A DNA stretch of 61,133 bases. It comes from Chiloscyllium plagiosum. Lineage: Eukaryota. The position numbers and the translations under genes were made by a program. The notes under the pieces were generated by a model. It saw nothing but the letters and a program-made list of their open reading frames with translations, had not been told where the DNA came from and did not search any database. Positions 12,993 through 24,030 of this stretch are shown here, piece by piece. Numbering within the stretch: position 1 is the stretch's first letter; every line of letters starts with the position of its first letter. The stretch is taken from the NCBI RefSeq assembly GCF_004010195.1, contig NC_057718.1, forward strand, positions 11,151,524 through 11,212,656. The letters run 5' to 3'.

Positions 12993-13300
12993 ACGGCTCA
13001 GTGGTTAGCACTGCTGCCTCACAGCGACATGGACCCGGGTTCACTTCTAGCCTCGGGCGACAGTCTGTGTGGAGTTTGCACATTCTCCGTGTCTGCGTGG
13101 GTATCCTCCGGGCGCTTCAGTTTCTTCCCACAGTCCAAAGATGTGCAGGTCAGGTGAATTGGCCATGCTAAAATTGCCTATAGTATTAGTCAGGGGTAAA
13201 TACAGGGTAGGGGGGTGGATCTGGGTGGGTTACTCTTAAGAGGATTGGTGTGGACTTGGGCAGAAGGGTCTGTTTCCATACTGTAGAGAATTTAATATCT
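12993..13300 (+). mobile_element. HE1-like V-SINE
   Basis: Same head, V-domain and tail as 11840-12154. Confidence 0.88.
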
Positions 13301-14059
13301 AAACCCTTGACATGCTCACTGAAGTTCAGTGCCTTGGATAGACAACATTACAGAGTCAGAGTCTGATAAAGCATTATTCCTACCACAATAATTAGGTTTT
13401 ATCAACTTTCAAATCACAGACTTTGTTTCTTAATGCTGCAGATTTGCAATATCTCCAGCTTATCTTCCGTTCTCCCACCCCCCCTCAACTTTATCCTTCT
13501 AGGATTAAATCCAGCTCTGGTCTGCAGCTTCTCTTGAGCAAGTTTATGTAAGCTGAGCTTGGTCTCCTAAGCCTGGTCTTCACTGTGGGTTGGGCTGTTA
13601 ACCTTGAATCCTGTTAATGTTGTGTAGAGAGGAAGTAACTATTGTCTACCTTGACTCCCTTTCCCAATCTCTCCCAGTAACTATGTGGTTTCTCCAGGAG
13701 TGGGGTAAGTCACAATGGAGTGAGGTGAAATTAGATTGGAATGGTCTTGTGTGGACCTGAACACCAGCCTGCTGTAATTGGACAGAATGGCCTGTGTTCA
13801 CTTTCTCTTTTCGAACTATAAAAACTGCTCAGTTTACAAACCTCTTTTGAGCAGGTGATGTACACTTAGTACATTTCTAATGTATCCTTATACAGTTTTA
13901 ATTTTTCCATTTTTGTGTAAGGATACCATTGCATTGGAAAGGGCTTTTGTGTCACAGTGGTAGTGTCCCTACCTCTGAGACAGAAGGTTCCGATTTATTA
14001 CACCCCCGTTCCAGAGTTGTCATGATATTTCTGAAAATTGTTTAAAATGGCTGTCTTAG

Positions 14060-14365
14060 GTCGTAGAGTCCCTACAGTGGGAAAGCAGGCCATTTGGCCC
14101 ATCAAGCCCACACTGACCCTCTTAAGAGCAACCCTCATGTTATACCTGTAACCCTACATTTCCCATGGTTAATTCACTTAGCCAGCACATCCCTGGACCT
14201 ATGGGCAATTTAGGATAGCCAGTCACCGAAAATGCGCATCTATAGACTCTGGGAGGAAATCCATGCACACAGACAGGGATCATGCAACTCCACAGTCTCC
14301 CTGTGGGTGGAATCAAACCCAGGTCCCTGGCGCTGAGGCAGCAGTGCTAACCACTGAGCCACCGT
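14060..14365 (-). mobile_element. Diverged HE1-like V-SINE
   Basis: Reverse-complement head gcagcagtgctaaccactgagccaccg and a degenerate V-domain. Confidence 0.8.
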
Positions 14366-14379
14366 AACTATATTTGCCT

Positions 14380-14870
14380 GGGAAGGGCTACGGTAAAGGT
14401 TCATTAAACAGGTCCATTGGATGAACAGGTTGCTCTGTGATATGAGATGATGTGACGAGATTCTCTGAAGTGCAGAAGAACGAGAGGTGATCGCATCGAA
14501 ACGGAGACAATTCTGAAGGGGCTTCACAGGAGTGGACCCTGAGAGATTGGTTCTACTGGTCATGGAATCTAAACACAGAGGCACAGTCTCTGGATAAGGG
14601 ACCAGTGAGAGGCACAGTCTCTGGATAAGGGACCAATGAGTTTGACTGAGATGAGGAGAAATTTCGTCAGCCAGAAGGTGTAATATCTTCGGAATTCTGT
14701 ATTCCCGGGATGTTGCTGCATTGTTGGATCTATTTTTTTTGCAGGGAAGTGTTGCTGTCTAGGGGAATTACAGCATATGATGAGCAGGCAGGAAGCTCAA
14801 GATCAGCCATGTTTATATTAAATGGTGGATCAGACTCAATGGGTTGGATGCACCTCCTATTTCATGTTGT
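14380..14870 (+). mobile_element. Decayed CR1 3' fragment
   Basis: agaagaacgagaggtgatc...gagatgaggagaaatttc. Internal direct repeat gaggcacagtctctggataagggacca (14578-14635). Confidence 0.7.
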
Positions 14871-14924
14871 TTGGTGTTTTCTGGCTTAACAGGTCATTGA
14901 CATGATATGACCACCCCTCATTTC

Positions 14925-15220
14925 AGGAGACTGGCAATCCATGAACCTCAGGATAATGTTCTGGGTTCGAAACCTACCATGGCAGATGGTGAAATTTGAA
15001 TTCGATAGAAAAAAAAAATGGTATAAAAAGTGAGGACTGTCAATTGTTATAAAATCCCATCTGTTCACTAATGCCCCATTGTGGGAAGGAAATCTTCCAT
15101 CCTTACCTGGTCTGGCCTACACGTGACTCCAGACCCACAGCAATGTGTGGTTGAGTCTGGACAATTAGGGATGGACAATTAATGCTGGCTACGCCGTCAT
15201 CCTGTGAATGAATAAAAAAT
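14925..15220 (+). mobile_element. tRNA-derived SINE (family also at about 215-545, 7705-7865, 9600-11080, 18250-18572, 21530-21845, 31790-32200, 46620-47150)
   Basis: gggttcgaaacctaccatggcagatggtgaaatttgaattc...ccttacctggtctggcctacacgtgactccagacccacagcaatgtg...catcctgtgaatgaataaaaa recurs across the window. Confidence 0.75.
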
Positions 15221-15480
15221 GTACTCTACCTGTGCTGTTGTGGCTTAGTTGGCGAAAGAAATTTACTCTTCAGCAGGAGATTTGTTCTGTTCCCTTTGAC
15301 GCCTGTCTCCGTTGAGCTCACTGAGCTCCTCGCTAATAAAAAAAAAAAATGTACTGTCTTCCCTCACCCCAGGGATAATGCCTGGCCCTCTGAGTGTGTG
15401 TGGATGATTTCAGTCATCTGCCTGTCTCTGCATCTCTGCGATATTGTGGTACTGAGTCTGGTTTGGTTTCTGCTTCGCAG

Positions 15481-15783
15481 GGTTTTATGAGCTCAGTGAT
15501 GGAGGCTCCTGCTCTCTGTCTGCCTCCTGCACTTCCGTGTCCAGTGGGTGTACCTCATCGTCATTGAGCAGCATGCTGTACTGCAGCCACCCGGCCGAGA
15601 CCAGGGTCCTGAGGTCAGAGGGACGACCCCGTTCAGCCGATGAGCTCACCGTGCCGTCACCGGCTTTCAAGCAGCAAGGTCCCGGCAAACGGCCAGGGGG
15701 AGGGATCAGAACCAGCGCGGAGCTGCTTCCCGGTGTCCACACTGCCAGGCTCGGGGTCCCCAGGCGGAGACCAGTCTCTACAG
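15481..15783 (+). CDS. dact2: Dapper homolog 2, coding exon 3 (303 bp, phase 1 to 1)
   Basis: Acceptor tttctgcttcgcAG, donor GTactt (15784). Completes DSRPSSG-FYELSDGGSCSLSASCTSV and contains RPRSADE and RPVSTG, all conserved Dact motifs. In frame with exons 2 and 4. Confidence 0.93.
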
Positions 15784-15910
15784 GTACTTGGGATCCTCCC
15801 TCCCTCCCACCCGCACGGGCAAGGGGGCAGACTCAGTGGTGGGCTGTAGGGGACTGACTGATGCTGGATAGAGCTGACACCAGGAAGGGTCATTCAGCTG
15901 ATCCCGGGTA

Positions 15911-16042
15911 TTCCTGAAGAGGGGCTTATGCCCGAAACGTCGATCCTCCTGCTCCTCGGATGCTGCCTGGCCTGCTGTGTTTTTCCAGCACCACATTTTT
16001 CAACTCTGGTACTCCAGCATCTGCAGTCCTCACTTTCTCCAA
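15911..16042 (+). mobile_element. Penelope-terminus insertion (family A) with intact hammerhead-like core, in dact2 intron 3, inside a CR1 fragment (about 15880-16435)
   Basis: ctgaaga-g-gggc-ttat-gccc-gaaac-gtc at 15914-15941. TSD gctgatcccgggta (15897-15910) / gttgatcctgggta (16043-16056). Confidence 0.85.
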
Positions 16043-16686
16043 GTTGATCCTGGGTATGGGAGGGACTGCCTGATAAGGAGGGGTTGAGCAGATTGGGCCT
16101 GAACTCATTGGTGGGAGAATGAGAGGTGACTTTATTGAAACATGCAGGACCTGACAGGATGGAAGTGAACCAGAGGGAATAATCTCAGGGTAAGGGGTCA
16201 CCCAGTTAAGACAGAAATGAGGAGGAATTTTTTTCTCAGTTGTGAATCTGTGGAATTCTTTACCTCAGAGGGCGGCTGAGGCTGGGGTGTTAAGTTTATT
16301 CGAGGGCTGAGATAGACAGATGTTTATTCAGTAACTGAATCATGGGAGGAAAGGCAGGAGAGTGGAGCTGAGGATTGTCAGACCAGCCACAGAATGGCAG
16401 GCCACACTCGATAGGCTGAATGGGCTACTTGTAGTCTTAAAGGAGAGCCCGACTGGGGGCTTTAAGGGCTGTTAATTCAGAGGAGACATGGGGGTGGAGC
16501 ATACACACTGATTGGGAAAGACCTTCATGGGGTGGTCTCTGTGGTGGATGAGGCACCATCTGTGGAGTTGGGGCTTGGATGAGAGGGTGATATACTGAAG
16601 GGGTACAGACTCAGTGACCTGTGTGGGTGTGGGGCAAAGTGTGAACGTTGGTGCAAGCTGTGTGATGTGCCTTGTTTCTCCCACAG

Positions 16687-17990
16687 GAGACTTGGAGAGG
16701 TTGGTACCGCGGCAGACTGGACCCATGGGCATATCTGACCGGAAGCTGCCTCTGCCTGCCTTTGCCGGGAGTGAGCTACGGCTCCCCGCTCTGGATCAGA
16801 GGTTCCGGTGCAACCTGATCTCCGAGGACAGCAGCGATGTCTACACTTACCCCAGCCCCCTCCATGCCGTGGCTCTGCACAGCCCTGTGTTCTACCCCAC
16901 GGGGCGGGTGGGTGGTGTGGACAGCAGGCCCCACAGTGTCCCAGCGCAGGGGGTGCTCCCCTCCAAAACGAGAGCTGTCTGTCCCAAAGAAGGATCTCCA
17001 CCTCCACAGGCCACCGTCGGAGGGACAGGGCCTGAACTGAGAGCGAGAGCCACCGTGACTGAGAAGGAGCAGGAGCCGTGCACTAAGGCCCCACCAAAGG
17101 AACAGGCCGTGAGGCCTTCTGACCTACAGCGGGCTGTCAGCTGCAGAGCTATAGGACGTCCAGCAGGAGGCACTGTGGGCGCTGGATTGAAGTCCCTGGG
17201 GGCTAACTGTTGGCCCCCAATCCCACCCCCGGGTTGGGAGGGGTTAGAGGTGGAGATAGATGTCCCATTCGGGTTGGTGGTGTCCAGTGACTCCTTGGGG
17301 ACTCGCTCAAGCCTCTCCCATTCGGTAGGCCTCACCAGGCATGGGGGTCTGGATTCCAGCATTGACTCCATTCAGACGACTGACCGGAGGACAGGGGTCA
17401 GGCCGGGGAAGGGCAAGAATGGGTTCGCTCATGCCCGGTTTGTGCCCGCAGAGTCCCAGCTCCGGCTGCAGGTCAGTAAAACCCAAGTGGCCAGAACTGA
17501 GAGGAGGGTCAGTGGTGAGACGACACGGGTGGCAAAGAGGCCAAGTGCCGGTGTAGGCCTGGCCGGCACAGGGGGCCTTGGAGCTCCTGGTCCAGAGTCC
17601 CAGGGCCGGGCCCAGTGGCCGAGGACAGGCAGGCACCGGGGTTCACGGGCTGGGCTGAGGGCACGGATCCCCCCTTGCCCCCGCTCCCACCCCCGCAGCG
17701 AGTCAGATGGTTCAGAGTATTCAGCTGAGTGTGCCTCACTGTTCCACTCCACCGTCGCCGAGAGCAGTGAGGGAGAGGGCAGTGAGTACACGGCCAACCG
17801 CTTTGGGGACAGCGAGTCGAGTGGAAGTGAGGACCGAGGGCACAGGGTGGCCCTGGTCTGGCCAAAGGCCCCGGGGGGGCGGCGCCTCCCTGCAGAGGCC
17901 AGGGTTTGCCGCATCAAGGCATCGAAAGCTCTGAGGAAAAAGATTCGGAGATTCCAACCTGAAGCCTTAAAAGTTATGACCATGGTTTAG
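16687..17990 (+). CDS. dact2: Dapper homolog 2, terminal coding exon 4
   Basis: Acceptor ttgtttctcccacAG gives RPVSTG-DLER. Contains DVYTYPSPLHAVALHSPVF, SEYSAECASLFHSTVAESSE, YTANRFGDSESS and the C-terminus CRIKASKALRKKIRRFQPEALKVMTMV*. This PDZ-binding end is of the DACT2 type (DACT1 and DACT3 end MTTV). Confidence 0.93.
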
Positions 17991-18015
17991 TGAGATTGGG
18001 GGGTAGGGTGGGGTG

Positions 18016-18215
18016 AGCCCTAGGCCTCTTCCCTGGGAATTGGGCCCTAGGTCTCTCCCCTGGAGACTGGGTTGTGGGCCCTGAACCTCTCCCCTGGAGA
18101 CTGGGCCGTGGGCCCTACGTCTTCTCCCTGGAGACTGGGTCCTAAGTCTTCCTCTTGGAGACTAGACCCTGGACCTCTCCCCTGGAGACTGGGCTCTGGG
18201 CCCTAAGCCTTTCCT
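18016..18215 (+). repeat. Minisatellite in dact2 3' UTR (about 7 imperfect 26-34 bp units)
   Basis: Recurring gggccct..cctctcccctggagactggg units directly after the stop codon. Confidence 0.85.
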
Positions 18216-18249
18216 ATAGACACAGGGCACAGCCATCTTGACAAAAGAA

Positions 18250-18572
18250 GAGGAGATGATGGTCTGTTGGTATTGTTGCTAAAGTTTTAATCCAGCGATT
18301 GAGGTCTTGTTATGGAGACTCCATTTCGGAGACAGATGATGGAATTTAAATCCAGTTAAAATGTGTAATGAAGAGTCTAATGATAACCATGTCAGAAAAC
18401 CAATCTGATTTCCTCCTTTAGAGGAGAAAATCTGCCAGCCTTACCTGGTCTGGCCTATACGTGACTCCAGATCCACGGCAATGTGGTTGACTCTTGAGTG
18501 CCCTCTGGGCAATTCGGGATAGGCAGTGAATGCTGGTCCGGGCAGTGACGCCCACATCCCATGAATGAATTG
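18250..18572 (+). mobile_element. tRNA-derived SINE in the putative dact2 3' UTR
   Basis: ccttacctggtctggcctatacgtgactccagatccacggcaatgtggttgactct...cccacatcccatgaatgaat. Confidence 0.75.
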
Positions 18573-18579
18573 AAATAGT

Positions 18580-18695
18580 GATGTGAAGGAGCCAGTGTTG
18601 GGCTGGGGTGGATGGTGTTAAAAATCACACACCACCAGGTTATAGTCCAACAGGTTTATTCGGAAGCACCAGCTCTCTGAGCGCTGCTCCTTCAT
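18580..18695 (-). mobile_element. Penelope-like terminus (family C), antisense in the putative 3' UTR
   Basis: gttaaaaatcacacaccaccaggttatagtccaacaggtttatt...gctccttca matches 56144-56224. The core is degenerate. Confidence 0.7.
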
Positions 18696-18816
18696 TGAAA
18701 AAGGTGAGAGCTGATGTGGTGGCAGGCCTCCTGCGATGAATCACTGAATGGATCTGGCCACCTTTGTACTCTGTATAATAACTTTTATCGTTGTAAGGAT
18801 GCTGTGTAACAATAAG

Positions 18817-18822
18817 AATAAA
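18817..18822 (+). terminator. Probable dact2 polyadenylation signal (3' UTR about 17991-18845)
   Basis: AATAAA about 830 nt after the stop, followed by a U/GU-rich tract (tttttgtgtt) and preceded by non-repeat AU-rich UTR-like sequence. Confidence 0.55.
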
Positions 18823-20364
18823 AATATTCCTTTTTGTGTTAAGAGTTGGTCCTTTTTCCTTTTGGGTTTGTGCTTATATCGGATGATAGGGCAGGGATGC
18901 AGATGTCAACACGCGGCTCAAATGCCTTCGTTTTCCCAAAAGTCACGTTGTATTGTGATGGGTCTTTGTACAAACACCAGGGTGTTGAGGAGGATAGGAT
19001 GCTGTTGGGATTAGGAAGTGACATCCAATTTGACTTCTCAATCCAACAGGTCAGTTTGTTGTTGATCAGACTGTCGGGCAGTTTCATGACACTGTTTGAT
19101 AATGGATTCAACTGAGGCTGGGCCTGGCCAGAAAAACCATTGTCGGAGCTTACTGAGTGCATATTGATTGCCCTGTCCCTAACATTACAGCATTGACCAC
19201 ACTTTGAAACTTCATCAGAGACAGAAGTAGGCCATTCAGCCCCTCAAGCCTGCTTTGCCTTCCGAGAAGATCACAGCTCATCTGATCGTGGCCCCAACCT
19301 TATGACAACACCCCTCCTCCCCCATGACCTTTTGACTCTCTCTCTTGTTAATCAAGAATTGATATACCTCTGCTTTAAATGACCCACTCCATCGCTCTGT
19401 GAGAAAGAGACTTCCGCTGACTTTCCCAATCCTCCATCTTAAAATAGGCATACAGTGTCCCTCTAGTGCTAACCTGTCCCACAGGGTGGAAAGAACACCC
19501 ACCATCTCAAGTCCCCTTAGGATCTTCCATGTTTCAATACAAACACTCCTCCTTCCTCTAAGTGCTAAGGGTATTTGGAGATGCTTTGTAAATCCTTTCA
19601 AGCATGTTCATTTATGTTCAAAAGGAAGGATTGAGAGGAACACCAGGGAGGTGTATTATCTACAATAATGAGGCGGGAGCGGGGGGGGGGAGAGAAGTAT
19701 GCTTTCTTGCAAACAGGAAAAGGCCAAAATTAGGAAGTCCCATTAAACCGCCCCGATTGGCTCAATTAGTCTAAGGGGCTGGTTAATTTGTTGAAGGGAA
19801 ATGACACCAGCAAGATGTGAGGCTGAGACCTGACGCCACAGGTTTGAAATGTTGAGTTAGTGGATTCCAGGTGGAGTTGTTGACTTGTTATAATTGGGCA
19901 CAGAGCTCCTGGGATGAGGTGGGTTGGGGGATGGTATGCAGTCTGTCTTTTCTCCCACGATACCATCACTCCCTCAGTTGTGTCCTCTTCAGCATCCCCT
20001 AGCATCAAACACGTTTCTCCCCCCTCCTCCCCCTCCCCATTTTACTTGTTCCAGTGCTGGTGGCTGTTCTATCAGCTGCCTGGGACCCAGGTACTGTGAT
20101 TCCCTTCCTCTGGGACCTCTCTGTCTCTCCACCCTCCCTGCAGTCTCTAGAACACTCCAAGCCTTTGTTGATCTCTGCTAATAGCTCCCTATGTGGCTCC
20201 TTGTCCAATTTTATTTAATAATTGCTCCTCTGAAGAGCTTTACAACATTAAAAGTGCTATATTAATACAAATTGACATTTCTTTCAGAGAATTCTGTTAC
20301 AGTGTGCAATTTCTTTTTGGAAAGTAGGTAAGGATGGAAATAATCTCTTGCAGTTGCTTTCCTG

Positions 20365-20765
20365 GTTATGCAGCCTAGTGCCTGGGTACTTTTATAGGGT
20401 TGATGGGAATCCTACAGCAAGGACATTTTTCACTGGAGTGTAGGAAGTTGAGGTTCATGAGGGATATAGATAATGTGAATGGCAGTTGTCTTTTCCCTAG
20501 GGTGGGGGGTTTCAAGATGAGGGGGCATAGTTTTAAGGTGAAAGGAGAAAGATTTAAACAAGACAATTTTTTTTTAAGTGTAGTCTGTGTGTGGAATTAC
20601 CATCCAGAGGAAGTGGTGGATGCAGGTACAGTTACAACGTTTAAAGTACATTTGGATAAGTTCATGAACAGGAACGGTTTAAAGGGATACAGGCCAAGTG
20701 GAAGCAATTTAGTTTGGGATTATGATTGGACTGAAGGGTCCGTTTCCATGCTGTGTAATTCTATA
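20365..20765 (+). mobile_element. CR1 LINE 3' fragment
   Basis: Peptide LFPRVGGFKMRGHSFKVKGERFK...VWNYHPEEVVDAGTVTTFK. Confidence 0.85.
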
Positions 20766-20809
20766 AGTGCTCCCCTCCTGACCACACAACCCCCCCCCCC
20801 CTCCAAAAA

Positions 20810-21255
20810 GCCTGTCCACCATCTACAAGTCAGGATCCTGATTTGAATACTCCGAAACTGCATAGATGGGTGCAGCTCCGACAACACTTCAAAACGTTCC
20901 ATCCAAGACAGAATTGCCCTCTTACGTGGCATTTTATCCACCCCAACAGCAGCAGTGTGCACTATCAGCAGGATGCACTGTCGAAACTCTTTTGAAGTCA
21001 CCTTTCATACCCATGACCACTAACATCCAAAGGTGGACAAGGGCAGTAGATACAGTGTATATGGGAACACCATCCCCTGCAAGATCCCCTCCGAGCCGAT
21101 CCCCGTTCTGACTTGGAAATATATCGGCCATTTTTCGCTGTCACTGAAAATCAAAATCCTGGAATCCCCTCCCTCAGGGCATCGTGGGTCCACCTACAGT
21201 ACACAGACTGCAGCAGTTCGGGAAGGCAGCTCACCACCACTGGGAAGCAAACATG
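20810..21255 (+). mobile_element. LINE 3' fragment of a second CR1-group family (also 22340-22650)
   Basis: atgggaacaccatcccctgcaag...ctgacttggaaatatatcg...aaggcagctcaccaccac. The 22340-22650 copy encodes FKKAAHHLLKG. Confidence 0.7.
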
Positions 21256-23559
21256 AGATGGGAGCGCGATGAGTCCGTTCAGCCCCTCGCCTGCTCTGCC
21301 ATTCAAACATCAGGGCTGATCCATCTTTTTTCTTTCTCTGAATTCCTGTTTACCCCGCTCCCCCCACCCCCCTCCCCGACTAGAATCTATCGACCACAAT
21401 CTTCAGTGACCCCACCTATACCATGTTCTGAGACAAACATTTCCAACATCACCCAACTCGTGAGGGAAAAATAATCTCGTTCTGTCCTGAAAGGGCGACC
21501 CCAACATTCAAACCAGGGATAATTTCCTTTAATTCACACACAGCTAGGCCAGTGTTTATTGCCTATCCCTAATTACCCAAAGGGCAGTTAAGAGTCAACC
21601 ACAACACTGCTGTGGGTCTGGAGTCATATGCAGGGCAGACTAGGTAAGGATGCCAGATCCCTTGCTTACGGGGCATAAGTGAACTAGATGGGTTTTTTCC
21701 ACCAATGGATTCATGGTCTCTTAATTCCAGGTATTGGCAGATGGTAGAATTTGGATTCAGTTGTAGTGGGATTTGAACTCAAGTCCACAACCTGATTCTC
21801 TGGATGAACAGTCCAGCAATAACACCACTAGGCTATTGCCTCCACTATCTGACTCTGGCCTGACCCATGTGAAAGTATGTCTCTCATGAACGAGTGTTTC
21901 AAGTCTCTCAAGTAAACATTCGCTGATACATCTGGGCTCTAGGCAGTGATTGTAACGGCTGCCAATTCAAGGGTTTTGTATCCATCCCATTGTCAGTGCA
22001 TCTCTTCAAAGGCTCTGCTGTAACTGGCCATGGGACTATTAACACCGCATTTGGGAAGTTCCTTTCACTCACAGGAAACAATTTAATGGCCTGAAAAAAA
22101 GAATACTGTGGAAAGGCCTGTGTGTATAGTACAGGACGTTCAATAAAACAGAAATGGACTGTTTCCTGTGCTGCCTTAATAAACACATTAAAACCGAGTG
22201 TTACTTTGCAATTTGACTTGGGCATTATTAACTTTATGACCGTTTATGCTCAATTGGAATTATTATTGGTGAAACCATTTGTGCTGAGGCATCAAGATGT
22301 GCATTTACGTAGCACCTTTTACTATGTCGGGACACAGATCCTCAGACAGCACCTTCCAAACCCAAGACCACTGCCATCTCGAAAGACAAGGGCAGCAGAT
22401 ACATAGGAAGACCAACCCCTGCAAACTCCCCTCCAAACCACTCACCACCCTGACTTGGAAATATATCGCCGTTCCTTTGGGGTCATTGGGTCAAAATCCT
22501 GGAACTGCCTCACTAATGGCATTGTGGGTCTACCGACAGTACATGGTCAGCAACGGTTCAAGAAGGCAGCTCACCACCTTCTCAAGGGGCAACTAGGGAT
22601 GACTGATAAATGCTGGTCCAGCCCAGAGCATTTTGAATAAATACAAAAAAAAATCTCGAAACATCTTCCATCCTTTGGAACAGCAGTCGCTGGTGCATTG
22701 TGGGAAGCACATTGGCCAATTAGCACGCAGTGAGCTCTCATGAATGGCAAAGCGGCGAGTTCAGAAGTATCAGAGAAAAAGCATTTAGGTCAAGAATAGG
22801 CGATTGGATGGTAGAACCGACTCTAAGGACCGACTCCTGCTCGCAGGAGCGTCACCAGGTAGATTGCGTTTTAATGAATTCGTTCAAGGACTATGTTTTA
22901 GCCGGGATTCCTGGGGTGGGATGTAACTTTTTCGAAGTAGGGCTTTGGGGCCTTTCACATTGAGCTGTGAAGGACCATCCATCCAAACAGCGGCTCTGCA
23001 CTCTCCTGGTACCTGAAGGGACTCTGCGGCCAAGTCTTGGGAGTGGCACTTGACCGGACAACCTTTCACCCAGAGAGAGGTGCCAGCTCCCTTGTATTCA
23101 GAGCACCTGAAAGGTTGGGGCAGAGGGAAGCTTGTGGTTAAACGCTCACATCTTTAACAAAAGAACAAAGACATCTGATTAAATCCTTACACATTTCAAA
23201 GTGAAAAATATTGGAAGAAGCCAAATGACAGACCACAAATACAGAATGATCTCAGCGCCAGCCCCTTGCTCTTTTCCACAGAGTTACAGCATGAATGAAT
23301 TCTAGCCCCCCACCACGGGGGTGGCCTCTCTCTGCTATTTTGTCAAAACCACATTCGTTTCTCCCGGCAGAAGGTACTGAAAGCACTTAGCAACTTCGAC
23401 AAATTAAATTGCCCTCAGGTCAGAACATGTAAAGGGATCAAACTCATCATAGGCTCGCGACCTGACCACAAACTAGACTTTGCTACTGAGAAGGGGTTCA
23501 TTTCTCAGCCGCAGGGAGCTCTCCCCTGGCCAACATCCCTGTCTCAGGCTGGCTGCAGT

Positions 23560-24030
23560 GCCCCAGCTAAGCTCAGGGCAAGCTGGAAGGACAGCGCCTC
23601 ATTTACTGCCTAGGAATCCTGCAACCCTCCGGACTCAATATCGAGTTCAATCATTTTAGGGCCTGAACTCCCCCATGTCTTAGCCCCCTACCTCACACAC
23701 CAGTCCTTGCTATCACACAGTGTACCATTACACATCACCCACTGTTAGCCACTAACAGTCTCCATTAACAGCTATTCACCCTCCCAGCCGGATCATTATC
23801 CTTTGCCTGTCCAACTGTTCTTCTCTCTTTTTGGACTCTATCCCCACCTATCTTTTATTCTTTCCCCCCACCACCCCCTCCACCACCCCCTCATAAATAA
23901 ACCGACATTTTCCTAGCTACTGAGGAAGGGTCTGAGGAAGGGTCACTGGACCCTGAAACATTAACTCTGATTTCTCTTCACAGCTGCTGCCAGACCTGCT
24001 GAGCTTTTCCCGCAACCTCAGTTTTTGTTG
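23560..24030 (+). mobile_element. Penelope-like element 3' end (family B) with hammerhead-like core
   Basis: Peptide EGQRLIYCLGILQPSGLNIEF (end of a GIY-YIG domain), then ctgagga-agggtc-actg-gaccct-gaaac at 23932-23959. Confidence 0.75.

Noticed and set aside
16614..16686. 5' part of the 458-aa ORF as a single-exon gene start
   Set aside because: It starts at a non-ATG codon in intronic GT-rich sequence. A polypyrimidine-AG acceptor at 16686 restores the RPVSTGDLE motif with exon 3.
16892..17983. Long antisense and alternative-frame ORFs over exon 4
   Set aside because: These are shadows of a GC-rich, stop-poor coding exon with no independent features.
18016..18215. CRISPR-like repeat array
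   Set aside because: Units are contiguous and degenerate without unique spacers, the context is eukaryotic and there are no cas genes. It is a minisatellite.
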